A DNA stretch of 64,000 bases from Patescibacteria group bacterium UBA661 (GTDB lineage: Bacteria; Patescibacteriota; Minisyncoccia; Phycocordibacterales; UBA918): NCBI GenBank assembly GCA_002299465.1, contig DBNX01000018.1, forward strand, positions 11,987 through 75,986, read 5' to 3'. Positions 28,604 to 38,390 of this stretch are shown piece after piece. The translations under genes were made by a program, and so were the position numbers. Position 1 is the stretch's first letter. Every line of letters begins with the position of its first letter. The notes under the pieces are model-generated. The model worked only from the letters and a program-made list of their open reading frames with translations, had not been told where the DNA came from and made no database searches.

Positions 28604-30095
28604 CAGTGCCGACTGGCAAATCTAGTAATTCAGTCGTGCCGTCAGTACCGACGAGCCCAATCGAGACGGGTGTCTTGGTTGGTTGGTTGTCCTGTAAAGT
28701 ATAGACAAAAGATTCGTTACCGACTAATTCAATAAAGCGTTTTGGTAAAGTTGGTACGGCTATCTTGCGCTCACTTTCAATCGCCACGTCAGCGTTGAGT
28801 CCTTCGCGTAGCCAGGTGGGTATTTCCGCTAGGGTGAAGTGCGCTTCAAAATACGCCACGCCGCCAATTCGGGTGGAGAGGGGGGAGATAAAACTGATGG
28901 TGGCCTCGTGTTGACTAGCGGGGTTGGCATCAAAAGTAACTAAGGCTGTATCACCAACATTTATTTTGGTGATGTCTACTTCCGGGATATTAGCCCGTAA
29001 TTCATAATCACCTTCGTAGATGATGGTAATAGTTTTGTCAGAATTAGTGGTTTCACCGACTTTCATAGCCACTTCACTGATGCTGCCAGCAAAGGGCGCT
29101 CTGATCGTGTAGTCAGAAACGCGAGCAACGCTTGCCCCGAGTCTTGATTCAGCCATGGCTAAGTTTGCCTCCGCTTGGGCTAGAGTCTCTCTGGTTGGTG
29201 GGGCCAGGAGTACAGCTTCGGTTCTTTCTGCTAAACGCAAATTTTCCTCAGCCGCTCGCACTGCGTTTCGTTCTTCGAGTTGGGAAGAGTTGTAAGCGTT
29301 TCTCAAGCTAACGTAAGAAGCCCCACGGCGGTTGGGGATTTCGATTATCCAATCATCATTACGATAAAATTCGCTGGCGGTTAATTGCATATATAAACCA
29401 CAAGTGCCGAGCGGTTGAGCGGTGTCCATCGTAGCAGCAAAGGTTCCGGATTCTAGACCAGACAGACGATAGGAGCGACCAGATACTGCCGAGGAACTAT
29501 AAAGAGAGATGATATAACGACCCTCTTCAGCACAAAGGTAATTGCCAGTGATGGTAGGTGGAGTGTTTCTATTTTCGGGGTCAGTGGGGTAGGCAAATAA
29601 ATTGGCGGAAAGTAGGTTTTTGCGGGCATTGGCTACGGCTTGGGCAAAATCGGAACGGGTTCGTTCCAGTGCGATACGGGCAGTGGTGACGTTGGTGCTG
29701 GCTACCGCTCGTTCCTCCGCGGTAGCGCCGCGGAGGAGTTGTTGCTTAACTTGCTCGGCATAACGCACTCCTTCCAGCGCGGCGTTGTAATCAGCGATAG
29801 CGGCGTCGTTGGTAAGAGTGGCGATTATTTCGCCCGGAGCTACTGACTCGCCCGCTTGTTTGTAGATGTTGCGGATAGTACCGTTTACCGGAAAGCCAAG
29901 CCTGGCTACTTGGAGAGCTTCAATTTTTCCGGAGATGGTGATGGTTTTTCTAACATCACCTAATTGCACAGCGGTAGTTTCTGGTGGCGGTTCGTTGGCG
30001 ATGTTGTATTCTCGCCAGATAAACCAACCAGAAACCGCCACGGCGACAAGCAAAAAGATATACAGCCAGAAATGTTTAGCAAAAAGAAGACGCAT
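28587..30095 (-). CDS. periplasmic adaptor (membrane-fusion protein, HlyD/MacA family)
   Basis: Single N-terminal TM, then a coiled-coil and beta-barrel-like region. Operon partner of the ABC pair. Confidence 0.75.
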   Translation of the reverse strand: MRLLFAKHFWLYIFLLVAVAVSGWFIWREYNIANEPPPETTAVQLGDVRKTITISGKIEALQVARLGFPVNGTIRNIYKQAGESVAPGEIIATLTNDAAIADYNAALEGVRYAEQVKQQLLRGATAEERAVASTNVTTARIALERTRSDFAQAVANARKNLLSANLFAYPTDPENRNTPPTITGNYLCAEEGRYIISLYSSSAVSGRSYRLSGLESGTFAATMDTAQPLGTCGLYMQLTASEFYRNDDWIIEIPNRRGASYVSLRNAYNSSQLEERNAVRAAEENLRLAERTEAVLLAPPTRETLAQAEANLAMAESRLGASVARVSDYTIRAPFAGSISEVAMKVGETTNSDKTITIIYEGDYELRANIPEVDITKINVGDTALVTFDANPASQHEATISFISPLSTRIGGVAYFEAHFTLAEIPTWLREGLNADVAIESERKIAVPTLPKRFIELVGNESFVYTLQDNQPTKTPVSIGLVGTDGTTELLDLPVGTVVVLP

Positions 30096-30254
30096 AAATT
30101 ATTTACCTTGCTCAGTATAGCAGTTGCTAGGCGATTTTTTCGACGAGGCTGTTTGAAAGTTGATAGCTGGGGGTGAAATTTTTTGCCAAACTGAGATGGG
30201 GATAGGCGCGAGCTAGTTTGCCCGGCTGGGCAAACTAGCTCGCGCCAGAGACAG

Positions 30255-30327
30255 TCCGCCAACCTGGACTCGAACCAGGGACCACAGAGGTATAAGCTCT
30301 GCGCTCTACCAACTGAGCTATTGGCGG
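30255..30327 (-). tRNA. tRNA-Ile with anticodon UAU
   Basis: 73-nt clean cloverleaf CCGCCAA-TA-GCTC-AGTTGGTA-GAGC-G-CAGAG-CTTATAC-CTCTG-TGGTC-CCTGG-TTCGAGT-CCAGG-TTGGCGG-A. The anticodon loop CT-TAT-AC gives UAU. CCA is not encoded. Confidence 0.85.
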
Positions 30328-30419
30328 AAGTTAATGCGAGAACTATACCGCATCGATTGGGCTAAGACAAATTAGTGTCGGGTCCGCGCCGAGACCGACA
30401 TTTTTTTGGATAAGAAAAT

Positions 30420-30460
30420 CCAAAAAAGTAAAGGGGTCGGCAGAGTTAATGCCGACCCCT
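30420..30460 (-). terminator. recG terminator
   Basis: Hairpin GGGGTCGGC…GCCGACCCC followed on the minus strand by a U-run. Confidence 0.5.
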
Positions 30461-30587
30461 CTTTAAACGCCTTCCTCCTTTCGAACGTGGCGTAGTTGCA
30501 AAGAACAAACGAAGCTCTGATAAGGTGTGAATATACAGCTAAACTTCGAAAGCTTACTTTAATAAATTGCCAATGATTGTCAACTGC

Positions 30588-32774
30588 CTACTCCAGATGC
30601 AGGGATTGACTTAGGACACTAATTTTTTTAGCAATAAGTGGCTGGTCACGGAGTTCGTAATCAGCGGCGATAAGTTGTTTGGCTTCTTTTCTAGCAGCTT
30701 CAACTAACTTTAAGTTTTTAAGCGCTTCCATTCCTAGGTCAGAGAGACCCCATTGCTTTAGGCCATAGAGCTCCCCGGCGCCGCGTTGGGTAAGATCGTA
30801 CTCAGCTAGCGCAAAACCATTTTTGGCTTCAAGTAAGGCGCGTAGTCGCTCTTGAGTTTTACCACTTTTACCAACGCTGTCTTTAGAGGTGACAGCAAAA
30901 CAATAGGGCTGGTGAGTACCGCGAATGACTCGCCCCCGCAATTGGTGTAATTGTGCCAAACCAAAACGTTCCGCCCCTTCAATAATTATGTTGGTGGCGT
31001 TAGGAACATTGACACCCACCTCAACGACGGAAGTGGCAACCAAAATATCAATCTCGTGGGCGAGAAATTTTTCCATAACGGAAGTTTTTTCACTCGGAGT
31101 CATTTTACTATGCAGAATGGCGATGCGGGCATTTTTGAAAATGTTTGTCTGCAAACGTTCGGCTTCTTGTTTCACTGATTTAAGTTGGAGGGCGGTTTCT
31201 TTACTGGGGTCGGGTTCGTCGATGCGAGGGCAAATTACATAGACTTGTCGTCCGGCTTGAAGCTCCTGTCTGAGGTGAGTGTAAACCTCCTCAATTTTAC
31301 TGGGGCTGGAGATTTTTGTGATGATCGGTTTGCGACCTTTCGGCATTTCGTCGAGAAGAGAAATGTCCAAATCACCATAAATAGTGAGGGCGAGAGTGCG
31401 TGGAATGGGCGTGGCGGTCATCGACAAGAGATGGGGCAGACGAGTGTCTTTTTTTGCCAGGGCGCGGCGTTGGTTGGTACCAAAACGGTGTTGTTCGTCA
31501 ATAATAACGTAGGCGAGATGTTTGAATTCAATAGTTTTGTAAATCAAGGCGTGAGTGCCAATCACAATCGGTATCTCGCCATTCTTAATCCACTTGGCGA
31601 GTTGTGCTTTGGAAATCCGAGTCGGCTTAGTGGGGTCTGATTTCGAGGGAAACTTGTAACAGCCGCTACCAGTAATCAATCCAAGAGAAATTGGCAAGTG
31701 TTTGAAATATTCAATGAAAGAAGCGAAATGTTGTTTAGCTAAAATTTCGGTCGGTGCCATATAGGCGACTTGCAAGTTTCCGTATCCGATTTTCTTGCCC
31801 AGCCCTTCGGGCGGTAGAGAAGTCGCTACGGCATAGGCGGTAGTGGCAGCCACGGCCGTTTTGCCACTACCGACATCACCCTCCAGTAATCGAGACAGCG
31901 GGTGTTTACCGCCAAAATCTTTGATGATGTCAGCAATCGCGCGGTGTTGTCCGGAGGTGAGTGAAAAAGGAAAACGTTTAATAAAAGCAGCTAGATGTTC
32001 TGGGTCGGTCTTTATTAAATAACTAGAAGCAGCACTTACCGCTGCCCGTTCGCGCGCCTTAGCAGTTTGAATGTAGAAAACTTCCTCAAAGGCGAAGCGT
32101 TTACGAGCACTCGCCGCGTGATCTTGTTTTTTGGGAGTATGTATCCAGATTAAGGCCGTTGCCAATGAGGGCAAGTTATAGCGGTTTAAGATGGTTGCAG
32201 GAATTGGGTCAGTGAGACGGGTGAGAACACCAGTGGCAAAACATTTTTGCACAGCGTGAAAAATCCACTTGGAGGTAATGCCTTTCGTCTCACGATAGAT
32301 AGGGTAAATGGTTTCGTCTAAAGTTTCGGTATTTCTAAAAATGGAATCGTGGCGGTCGATGGGTAAAGTGTCGAGCTTTTCCACCTCGGGATTGGCTAAA
32401 TATAATTTGCCGACACTGCCTGTCACGCGGCCGGCCACTTTGACGTACATACCGTCAGTCAACATCTTAGCCAAGTAGGGTTGGTTGAACCACATAATTT
32501 TAATACGAGCGGTGCCATCCTCAACCCAGCCTTCAGAAATTGGCGTGCGACTCTTCCACGACTTGCGAGTGTTTAAACCACCGAGTTGACCATAAACAAC
32601 CGCCTCTTGGTCTTTTACGAGTGAACTAACAGACTGAATAGAAGAGATGTCTTCATAGCGTTGGGGAAGGTGCAGGAGGAGTTGTTCAACGGTATTAAGG
32701 TTGAGTTTTTTAAGAGCGCGGCGGTGCGCCTCATCCAGACGAAAGTGAAGTGAAATTAAATCAGTTGGTAACAT
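30588..32774 (-). CDS. recG: ATP-dependent DNA helicase RecG
   Basis: 728 aa. Wedge domain, then SF2 helicase motifs (DVGSGKT, DEQHRFG). Confidence 0.9.
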   Translation of the reverse strand: MLPTDLISLHFRLDEAHRRALKKLNLNTVEQLLLHLPQRYEDISSIQSVSSLVKDQEAVVYGQLGGLNTRKSWKSRTPISEGWVEDGTARIKIMWFNQPYLAKMLTDGMYVKVAGRVTGSVGKLYLANPEVEKLDTLPIDRHDSIFRNTETLDETIYPIYRETKGITSKWIFHAVQKCFATGVLTRLTDPIPATILNRYNLPSLATALIWIHTPKKQDHAASARKRFAFEEVFYIQTAKARERAAVSAASSYLIKTDPEHLAAFIKRFPFSLTSGQHRAIADIIKDFGGKHPLSRLLEGDVGSGKTAVAATTAYAVATSLPPEGLGKKIGYGNLQVAYMAPTEILAKQHFASFIEYFKHLPISLGLITGSGCYKFPSKSDPTKPTRISKAQLAKWIKNGEIPIVIGTHALIYKTIEFKHLAYVIIDEQHRFGTNQRRALAKKDTRLPHLLSMTATPIPRTLALTIYGDLDISLLDEMPKGRKPIITKISSPSKIEEVYTHLRQELQAGRQVYVICPRIDEPDPSKETALQLKSVKQEAERLQTNIFKNARIAILHSKMTPSEKTSVMEKFLAHEIDILVATSVVEVGVNVPNATNIIIEGAERFGLAQLHQLRGRVIRGTHQPYCFAVTSKDSVGKSGKTQERLRALLEAKNGFALAEYDLTQRGAGELYGLKQWGLSDLGMEALKNLKLVEAARKEAKQLIAADYELRDQPLIAKKISVLSQSLHLE

Positions 32775-32907
32775 AACGTCATCATAGCAAAAGTCTGAGG
32801 AAAAGTTATAGAAGAAGTTTTTTGTGGAGAAGTCTAAATCGATACTAGATAATAGTTTTTGGGTAGGATTGAGAGGGTAGGCACTCTCGGGACTTTACAA
32901 ATTTTAT

Positions 32908-32936
32908 TTGACAAATAGCATAAATAATGTTATTAT
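32908..32936 (+). promoter_or_regulatory. consensus sigma70 promoter
   Basis: TTGACA, 17 nt, TATTAT. Confidence 0.5.
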
Positions 32937-32942
32937 CAAAAC

Positions 32943-33297
32943 GTTGTAAAGTTCTTAAACCAGCAGCAAAAAAGGAGAAATTATGCTCTGCTGCGCTTAT
33001 GTCGACGGCAACTTGTTTTTTTTGGCAGCGGTTTCGTCAGTTGGCGAAACCGCTGCCCGTAGCCCCACCCAACAGGGTGGTCGCATTCGCCGCAAACCCG
33101 CTTTGCGGCGGCGGGGCGGCAAGATCACCAATTTCTGGCTGGACAGCTGGAAGCGTACCCGTTCGCGCGCTAACGAGAGCAACCACCGGCGGCGGCAGTG
33201 CTTTGAGACCAACCGCCGCCTGGGCGTGATTGTCTGGTAGCGGTAACCGACAAGCCATGCCGATTCAAAACACCTTCCTAGGAGGGTGTTTTTTCAT
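32943..33297 (+). other. GC-rich, highly structured ~350-nt transcription unit. Either an 85-aa Arg-rich small protein (32983-33240, SD AAGGAGA) or a structured ncRNA.
   Basis: Consensus promoter upstream. Perfect 13-bp hairpin at 33024-33057, with further hairpins at 33065-33080, 33090-33108 and 33188-33220. Terminator at 33267-33297. GC ~65% against a ~45% background, with ORFs open on both strands. Confidence 0.3.
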
Positions 33298-33480
33298 AAA
33301 ATTACCAGCTGCATAATTAAGAATTTCTCACGCGGATTTATCCACGGGGTTCAAAACAAGCCCTAGCCATTTAGTCATTGACGCAACGCGTTGTCGTGGT
33401 ACTATCTAGGTCAGAGTGGATTGTTCTTTAACAAAACAATCCGTAAACAACTTTTAACTAACTCGTAAAGGAGTGTTGAG

Positions 33481-34137
33481 ATGCTCACAAAAAAAGTTGA
33501 GTTTGACCAAGTTTGGCTTGAGCTTATGTTGGGTAGATACCAAGAGGTCGTCTCGGTCAAGCGGCAGTCTGCTGACTCCAGAACTTACTGGATATGGATT
33601 CAGCTTGTGAAAAAGTCCAAAACAAAGAGTGGCAAAAAAATCTTGGCGGTGCGTTACGGCAACAGCACTGCCGTCCACTGTGAACTGTTGCCGCTAACAG
33701 CTCTCTATCAGACTGTTTGTCCGCCGACCTTGAACAGAGGACAGCAGTTGATCTGGAGTATTTTGCGCCGGCAGTTTCGTCGTGAATTAGACTTGATTGC
33801 GAGTTCGTTTATGACTATCTGTGGGGTGCACTATCCGCCACTTCGACCCAGTCATCTTTTGCCAAGAAAAGTCCCAGAGCGATTTTTCTCGCTAGCTACA
33901 CCGGCTGGCACATTGAGTTTTTTGCGTCAAGTTGAGTTTGGTGCGGTCACTCTTGTGCTCGTTTCGGCTACTTTGGGACATCCCTTTCGCCAGTCTCTGG
34001 AAGAAGGTGTGAACATAAAAATAAGAATAGCCGATGGGACATTTGCCCCATACCTGAAATCGAGCCGAGAGGAGCGTCTGGTGTTGGCCTTGCGGTCGGC
34101 GCTCATTCCGACTGGGCGACCACAGCAACTGTCTTAA
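33481..34137 (+). CDS. hypothetical protein (218 aa) with a strong SD (AAAGGAG)
   Basis: Long ORF in a GC-rich cassette. No recognisable motif. Confidence 0.5.
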   Translation: MLTKKVEFDQVWLELMLGRYQEVVSVKRQSADSRTYWIWIQLVKKSKTKSGKKILAVRYGNSTAVHCELLPLTALYQTVCPPTLNRGQQLIWSILRRQFRRELDLIASSFMTICGVHYPPLRPSHLLPRKVPERFFSLATPAGTLSFLRQVEFGAVTLVLVSATLGHPFRQSLEEGVNIKIRIADGTFAPYLKSSREERLVLALRSALIPTGRPQQLS

Positions 34138-34152
34138 GCTAGGAGGTGTTTT

Positions 34153-34353
34153 ATGGGTACGCAAGCTAGGGTGAGTCGTTTTCATCAGGAGTTGCAAGCG
34201 GTGGTAGAGGTGGCCAACCAGCAATATGATGACAATTACGAAGCACACCAAAAGGCGTTTCGAGTCAGAGAGAAAGAACTCGATGCTCTCTTTGACAAAT
34301 ATCGGCATCGTTTTAAGGTTGGACTTCCGTACGTTCCGTCACCGCGGCGGTAG
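34153..34353 (+). CDS. small hypothetical protein (66 aa) with SD AGGAGG
   Basis: ORF with a strong SD at 7-nt spacing, followed by a strong terminator. Confidence 0.4.
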   Translation: MGTQARVSRFHQELQAVVEVANQQYDDNYEAHQKAFRVREKELDALFDKYRHRFKVGLPYVPSPRR

Positions 34354-34360
34354 GGCATTT

Positions 34361-34412
34361 AAGCCCCGCTCGCTGACAACTTTCGTTGTCAGCGAGCGGG
34401 GCTTTCTCTTTT
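34361..34412 (+). terminator. rho-independent terminator with a 20-bp perfect stem
   Basis: AAGCCCCGCTCGCTGACAAC-TTTC-GTTGTCAGCGAGCGGGGCTT plus TCTCTTTT. Confidence 0.6.
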
Positions 34413-34647
34413 CAGATATTTAATCTGTCGTATACGGTTGAGATAATTTTATACACACATTTATACGCACACTGCTTTTGAATCAATTTTTTGAATAATC
34501 ATTACTCTACTCGATTGCGCGCAATCTAGTAAAGCCAAGTCGAAAAATGACCGCTGGTCTAATCTTAAAGGCCGCCTGTTAAGGCTCACCCCTCTTCCTC
34601 GTTGGATTTTATATTAGCAAGAGAATCTGGAGCTGGCCCTCGCAAAA

Positions 34648-35706
34648 TCAAAATAATCCAAGACTACCCACATAATCTACCCCGGCTGATCTAACTTCTG
34701 TAAATGTACGTAGGGTTCTGGCTGCTCTTAAGAGACCAAAGGTGCCCGCTCCACTAATTTCAACATCATATAGAGAAAGTAATCCGCCTGATCTGACACA
34801 GATGACCTCCCCTCCAACCTGAGTGAGGATTTCTTCTATCCTGTCTGGAGAAGTACCTTCCTGAAAGCTGACCATTAATTTATCCTCAATAAATGTTCCA
34901 AATATCAAACTTCTCACCACCCTTACCTCTGCTGAGCCATAGCCCCGACAGGTGGTGGAAAATCTTGTGACCAGAAGAGCTATAGTCGGGGAATAGACTT
35001 TTTCACTTGGTTTTTCTGGAACTACCAAGGCCGCGCGGAAATAAACATTGGTTTCTTCTGGGTAGGGACCAATAATAAGATTTCTGCCGTAAAGAAAATT
35101 CCCAGCAACCAGATCACCATCTTTCCCGTCATCAAATAATTGACCAATCTCCCTGACAACTTTTCCGTGCTCATCAATCTCTTCCACCACCACCGAAATC
35201 GCTCGTTCCTGCACACCGGAATATCTAAGACTGAAAAAAACTTCCTGTGACTGATTTACTGAAATAACATCGGGATGGAACCCTAACGAATTGATGTTTC
35301 TTTGCGCTGGCTTGGGGTCTGCTTCCAATTGGCATTGTTCTCTATGTGTTGCGTTCCCAATAAAGCTGCAAAGAGTGACGTCCTTTTCCGACTGGGCGTA
35401 AACAAAATAGCAATAATCTCTTGAGTCGGCGTACTTTATTTCTTCACAACCTGGAATCGCTTGTGGCGCAAGAGCGGGTGCTGTGATTGCTCCGCTTTCC
35501 TGTACTAGTTCTGTATGTACACCAATTTCTTCCGTATCTAGTACTAACGACTCCTCCGCGGCGGGGTTCATAACGGTATAGATACCAAAACCAGCCAATA
35601 CTACAAATAGAAAACTGGCCACTATTACCAGCACAAAAAACCACCGCGAAACGGGTGGCTTTCCAGCAACCTTATTAACTAGATTTGTGGGCTTGTGATT
35701 GTTCAT
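34648..35706 (-). CDS. membrane-anchored extracytoplasmic hypothetical protein (352 aa)
   Basis: Single N-terminal TM helix, Cys-rich region, no confident domain. Confidence 0.5.
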   Translation of the reverse strand: MNNHKPTNLVNKVAGKPPVSRWFFVLVIVASFLFVVLAGFGIYTVMNPAAEESLVLDTEEIGVHTELVQESGAITAPALAPQAIPGCEEIKYADSRDYCYFVYAQSEKDVTLCSFIGNATHREQCQLEADPKPAQRNINSLGFHPDVISVNQSQEVFFSLRYSGVQERAISVVVEEIDEHGKVVREIGQLFDDGKDGDLVAGNFLYGRNLIIGPYPEETNVYFRAALVVPEKPSEKVYSPTIALLVTRFSTTCRGYGSAEVRVVRSLIFGTFIEDKLMVSFQEGTSPDRIEEILTQVGGEVICVRSGGLLSLYDVEISGAGTFGLLRAARTLRTFTEVRSAGVDYVGSLGLF

Positions 35707-36036
35707 AAAAATAGTTGTTAAAACACTTACTATGTTACCACTTTCTGTCGAGGTTGGTGTTAGAGATATTAGACACTGTTAGGAAAACTCTTTACCTACG
35801 GTAGCCAAGGCACTTTATCAAGCTCCGCGGTGGATAGTCACAGGTAAGACTTGCGTAAAAATGTTGTTATGTTATATTCGACAGTAAGAAACATTCTCTC
35901 CTGTTCGCGCTAAGTGCGAACTCCAGCCATTTTAAATTACTCAGGTTGGCAGTTTGTTGCTGTGTATGAAATCGGAAATTGCGAGTGTTTCTTAGTTAAT
36001 GTTAATTTAGATTACCAAGTTTAACGGAGCTGATTT

Positions 36037-36891
36037 ATGGAACCAATTGTTTTAGCGACTTTAGTGACGTTGGGAGCTGGACTCGCTACCGGTATCGGTA
36101 GCTTGTTGGCCTTTACCCAAAAGAGACCGAGTGATAAATTCCTGTCTTTTATGCTCGGGTTGTCGGCGGGTGTGATGTTGTATGTCTCGATGATCGAGAT
36201 TTTTCAGAAGGCCGTTGGCAGTCTGACAGAAGCAACAGGCAGTGATGGGCAGGGATACTTGTGGGCTACGATCGGTTTTTTTGCGGGCTTTATAGTTATC
36301 GCCATTATCGACCATGTCTTTGATTACATCCACCAAGATAAAATGGAGGGAGAACCACACACTCACTCACACCGACTCCTTAATGAGGATGAAAATGGGC
36401 GAACACCACTGGAGCGCACCGCAGAAAGTGTCGAGCGCAAGGGGTTAATGCGGATGGGTGTATTTATGGCAATTGCGATTGCCATCCACAACTTTCCGGA
36501 AGGATTGGCGACGTTTATGGCGGTGCTCGAAGAGCCAGCTCTCGGTATAGCGATTGCCATAGCGATTGCCATCCACAACATTCCAGAAGGGATTGCTGTG
36601 TCGATTCCCATTTACCGCGCGACGGGTAGCCGACTTAAAGCTTTTTGGTATTCGTTTGCTTCCGGTCTAGCTGAGCCAGCCGGAGCGTTGCTCGGCTTCT
36701 TTCTCCTCAGCTACTTCATCAACGATTACTTCTTTGGTGTCGTGTTTGCGGGAGTGGCCGGTATCATGGTTTACGTGGCACTTGACCAGCTCTTGCCGAC
36801 TGCCCAAAAGTACAATCACCACTTGCCTATAATCGGCGTGTTTGTGGGTATGGCAGTGATGGCTTCTAGCTTGGTGCTGTTTGCGCTGTAG
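36037..36891 (+). CDS. zupT: ZIP-family divalent metal transporter (ZupT-like) with an internally duplicated AIAIAIHNxPEG motif
   Basis: AIAIHNFPEGLA and AIAIHNIPEGIAV ZIP signatures. 8 TM helices. His-rich loop. Confidence 0.85.
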   Translation: MEPIVLATLVTLGAGLATGIGSLLAFTQKRPSDKFLSFMLGLSAGVMLYVSMIEIFQKAVGSLTEATGSDGQGYLWATIGFFAGFIVIAIIDHVFDYIHQDKMEGEPHTHSHRLLNEDENGRTPLERTAESVERKGLMRMGVFMAIAIAIHNFPEGLATFMAVLEEPALGIAIAIAIAIHNIPEGIAVSIPIYRATGSRLKAFWYSFASGLAEPAGALLGFFLLSYFINDYFFGVVFAGVAGIMVYVALDQLLPTAQKYNHHLPIIGVFVGMAVMASSLVLFAL

Positions 36892-36915
36892 GAAGGTAAT
36901 CTGATTAGAGTTTTA

Positions 36916-36952
36916 AAAGCCCCGTGACGCGAAGCGTCACGGGGCTTTCTTT
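36916..36952 (+). terminator. zupT terminator
   Basis: AAAGCCCCGTGACGC-GAA-GCGTCACGGGGCTTT plus CTTTGGG. Confidence 0.6.
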
Positions 36953-36975
36953 GGGTTGTTGTCCGCAAATCTACT

Positions 36976-37004
36976 ATGTACAAAACCATCTAAATATGCT
37001 ATAA
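36976..37004 (+). promoter_or_regulatory. promoter of the small-ORF cassette
   Basis: TGTACA, 17 nt, TATAAT. Confidence 0.4.
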
Positions 37005-37052
37005 TTAAAAGTGGATTCAGATAAACCATACGACACAAGAAAGGACTTTGAC

Positions 37053-37301
37053 ATGGCTAAAAAAAGTGCACGCCCACCGCGCGTACAGGCGGCGGTGCTA
37101 CGGGGTGACCGAGCTGCCTGCAGTGAGTTCGGGAAAAGAGGTGCGAAAAAACGCGCCGAAATAAAAGCAGAAGAAATAAAGGAGAAAGAAGAAGATCAGC
37201 TCGTGGAAGATGTCTTTAAAAAGATTCGAGCTGACGAATTATTGAAAGCTTTTGCAAGGCGCGACAGGCAAGCAAACCTGGACGTCTGCCCAATAGACTG
37301 A
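37053..37301 (+). CDS. small basic hypothetical protein. The ATG at 37053 follows SD AGAAAGGA; the tracked ORF runs from the GTG at 37011.
   Basis: GC-rich ORF with promoter and SD. No known motif. Confidence 0.4.
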   Translation: MAKKSARPPRVQAAVLRGDRAACSEFGKRGAKKRAEIKAEEIKEKEEDQLVEDVFKKIRADELLKAFARRDRQANLDVCPID

Positions 37302-37319
37302 TTTTTTAGGAGGAGAAGG

Positions 37320-37511
37320 ATGAGCAAACAAAGCAAGTGTCGACAAAGGGGCGCGCTCAAAGTCGCCCAAAATCGGTCAGCTCGCCGGCAAGCAAACGAA
37401 GGCTTGCGGGAGATTTTGCAATCCCTGCCTGAAGAAGTCGAGCATCCTTCTGAGTGGCAGTTGTCAGATCGCGAAGATGCCCGAGCGCTCAAAACAGACC
37501 GTTTTGAGTAA
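37320..37511 (+). CDS. small hypothetical protein (63 aa) with SD AGGAGGAGAAGG
   Basis: Strong SD. Followed by terminator CCCGCGCCACCGCGCGGG plus a T-run. Confidence 0.4.
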   Translation: MSKQSKCRQRGALKVAQNRSARRQANEGLREILQSLPEEVEHPSEWQLSDREDARALKTDRFE

Positions 37512-37558
37512 AACAAACCCCCGCGCCACCGCGCGGGATTCTTTTTAGGAGAAGTGAG

Positions 37559-37924
37559 ATGTCTCAGTATGAAAATCTGGGCGGAGCAAGTCCGCGCACT
37601 GCCGATGGCGTGGTTACCGTTATGGGGGGCACCAACCAACAGCTTACCGCCGTGGCTTGTGTGCCAATGAGCGTTCAGGCAAAAGCACTTAGTCGTTGTA
37701 TGGCAGCCCTGTACGAGTTCGGCGAATTTTTCGAGTTTGGGGCTGGGAACAGGTGCTACTTTAGTGTGACTTGCGACGCTAACAGCAAAGTGATCTTCGT
37801 TAGCTTCACGCTGGAGGAAAAGTCGTTTAATTTGGTACTCATTCGCTTCCTTGAGTACTTGCGACAAAGTCGCGTTATGGTGAATCCGATTGTTGTGGAC
37901 CTCACCCAGGCACGGTTGCGGTGA
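37559..37924 (+). CDS. hypothetical protein (121 aa) with SD AGGAGAAG
   Basis: Strong SD. Two terminators downstream (37940-37975, 38000-38030). Confidence 0.45.
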   Translation: MSQYENLGGASPRTADGVVTVMGGTNQQLTAVACVPMSVQAKALSRCMAALYEFGEFFEFGAGNRCYFSVTCDANSKVIFVSFTLEEKSFNLVLIRFLEYLRQSRVMVNPIVVDLTQARLR

Positions 37925-38024
37925 TGCCGTAATTGTAATTTTTTTGGTTTTCTCAACCACGAGTACTACTCGTGGTTTTTGTTTTACAAAAACCCGCGGC
38001 GTTGGCGCGCGGGTTTTTTAAAAA

Positions 38025-38240
38025 CTAGGAAAGCTGCTGGCGGATTTCTTGCGGGGAATCTCCGCAAAGATGCCCTTTATCGATGTGGACGAGAACGTGA
38101 GCGAGCAGTCCGGCCGCATTGTTGTCCCCTTGTTCTCTAGCTTTTGCTATCAGACAAAGAGCGTTTTGAGCAGTCACTTCTCCTTCAAAGTGGTAACCCA
38201 GGCGTTCCAGGTGGGGTAGCAGGTGTTTGGGTACGTACAT
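38025..38240 (-). CDS. small hypothetical protein (71 aa)
   Basis: ORF only. Confidence 0.25.
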   Translation of the reverse strand: MYVPKHLLPHLERLGYHFEGEVTAQNALCLIAKAREQGDNNAAGLLAHVLVHIDKGHLCGDSPQEIRQQLS

Positions 38241-38390
38241 TACAATACTCCTTTCCGACTAAGAGCTTAGCACTGAATTGTTGTAAATTCAATCAGAAAA
38301 AGATAGCCGGTGTGAGTAAACAAGTATCCCCCAAAAATTCGTTTGCTTTTAAAAAGGAATTGTGTTATAAATTCAAACTAACTTTCCTCC

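Noticed and set aside
30255-30327. tRNA as the integration site of the accessory island
   Set aside because: The tRNA 3' end points away from the accessory region, and recG lies between. No att repeat seen.
34361-34412. Long perfect hairpins after GC-rich cassettes as integron attC sites
   Set aside because: Perfect stems with T-runs and no RYYYAAC/GTTRRRY core sites or extrahelical bases. No integron integrase. Interpreted as terminators.
36037-36891. Internal nucleotide repeat in zupT (gcgattgccatccacaac x2)
   Set aside because: Reflects the duplicated AIAIAIHNxPEG transmembrane motif of ZIP transporters, not a mobile repeat.
37196-37960. 254-aa minus-strand ORF spanning the small-ORF cassette
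   Set aside because: Low-complexity product. GC-rich region gives open frames on both strands. The plus-strand ORFs have promoters, SDs and terminators.
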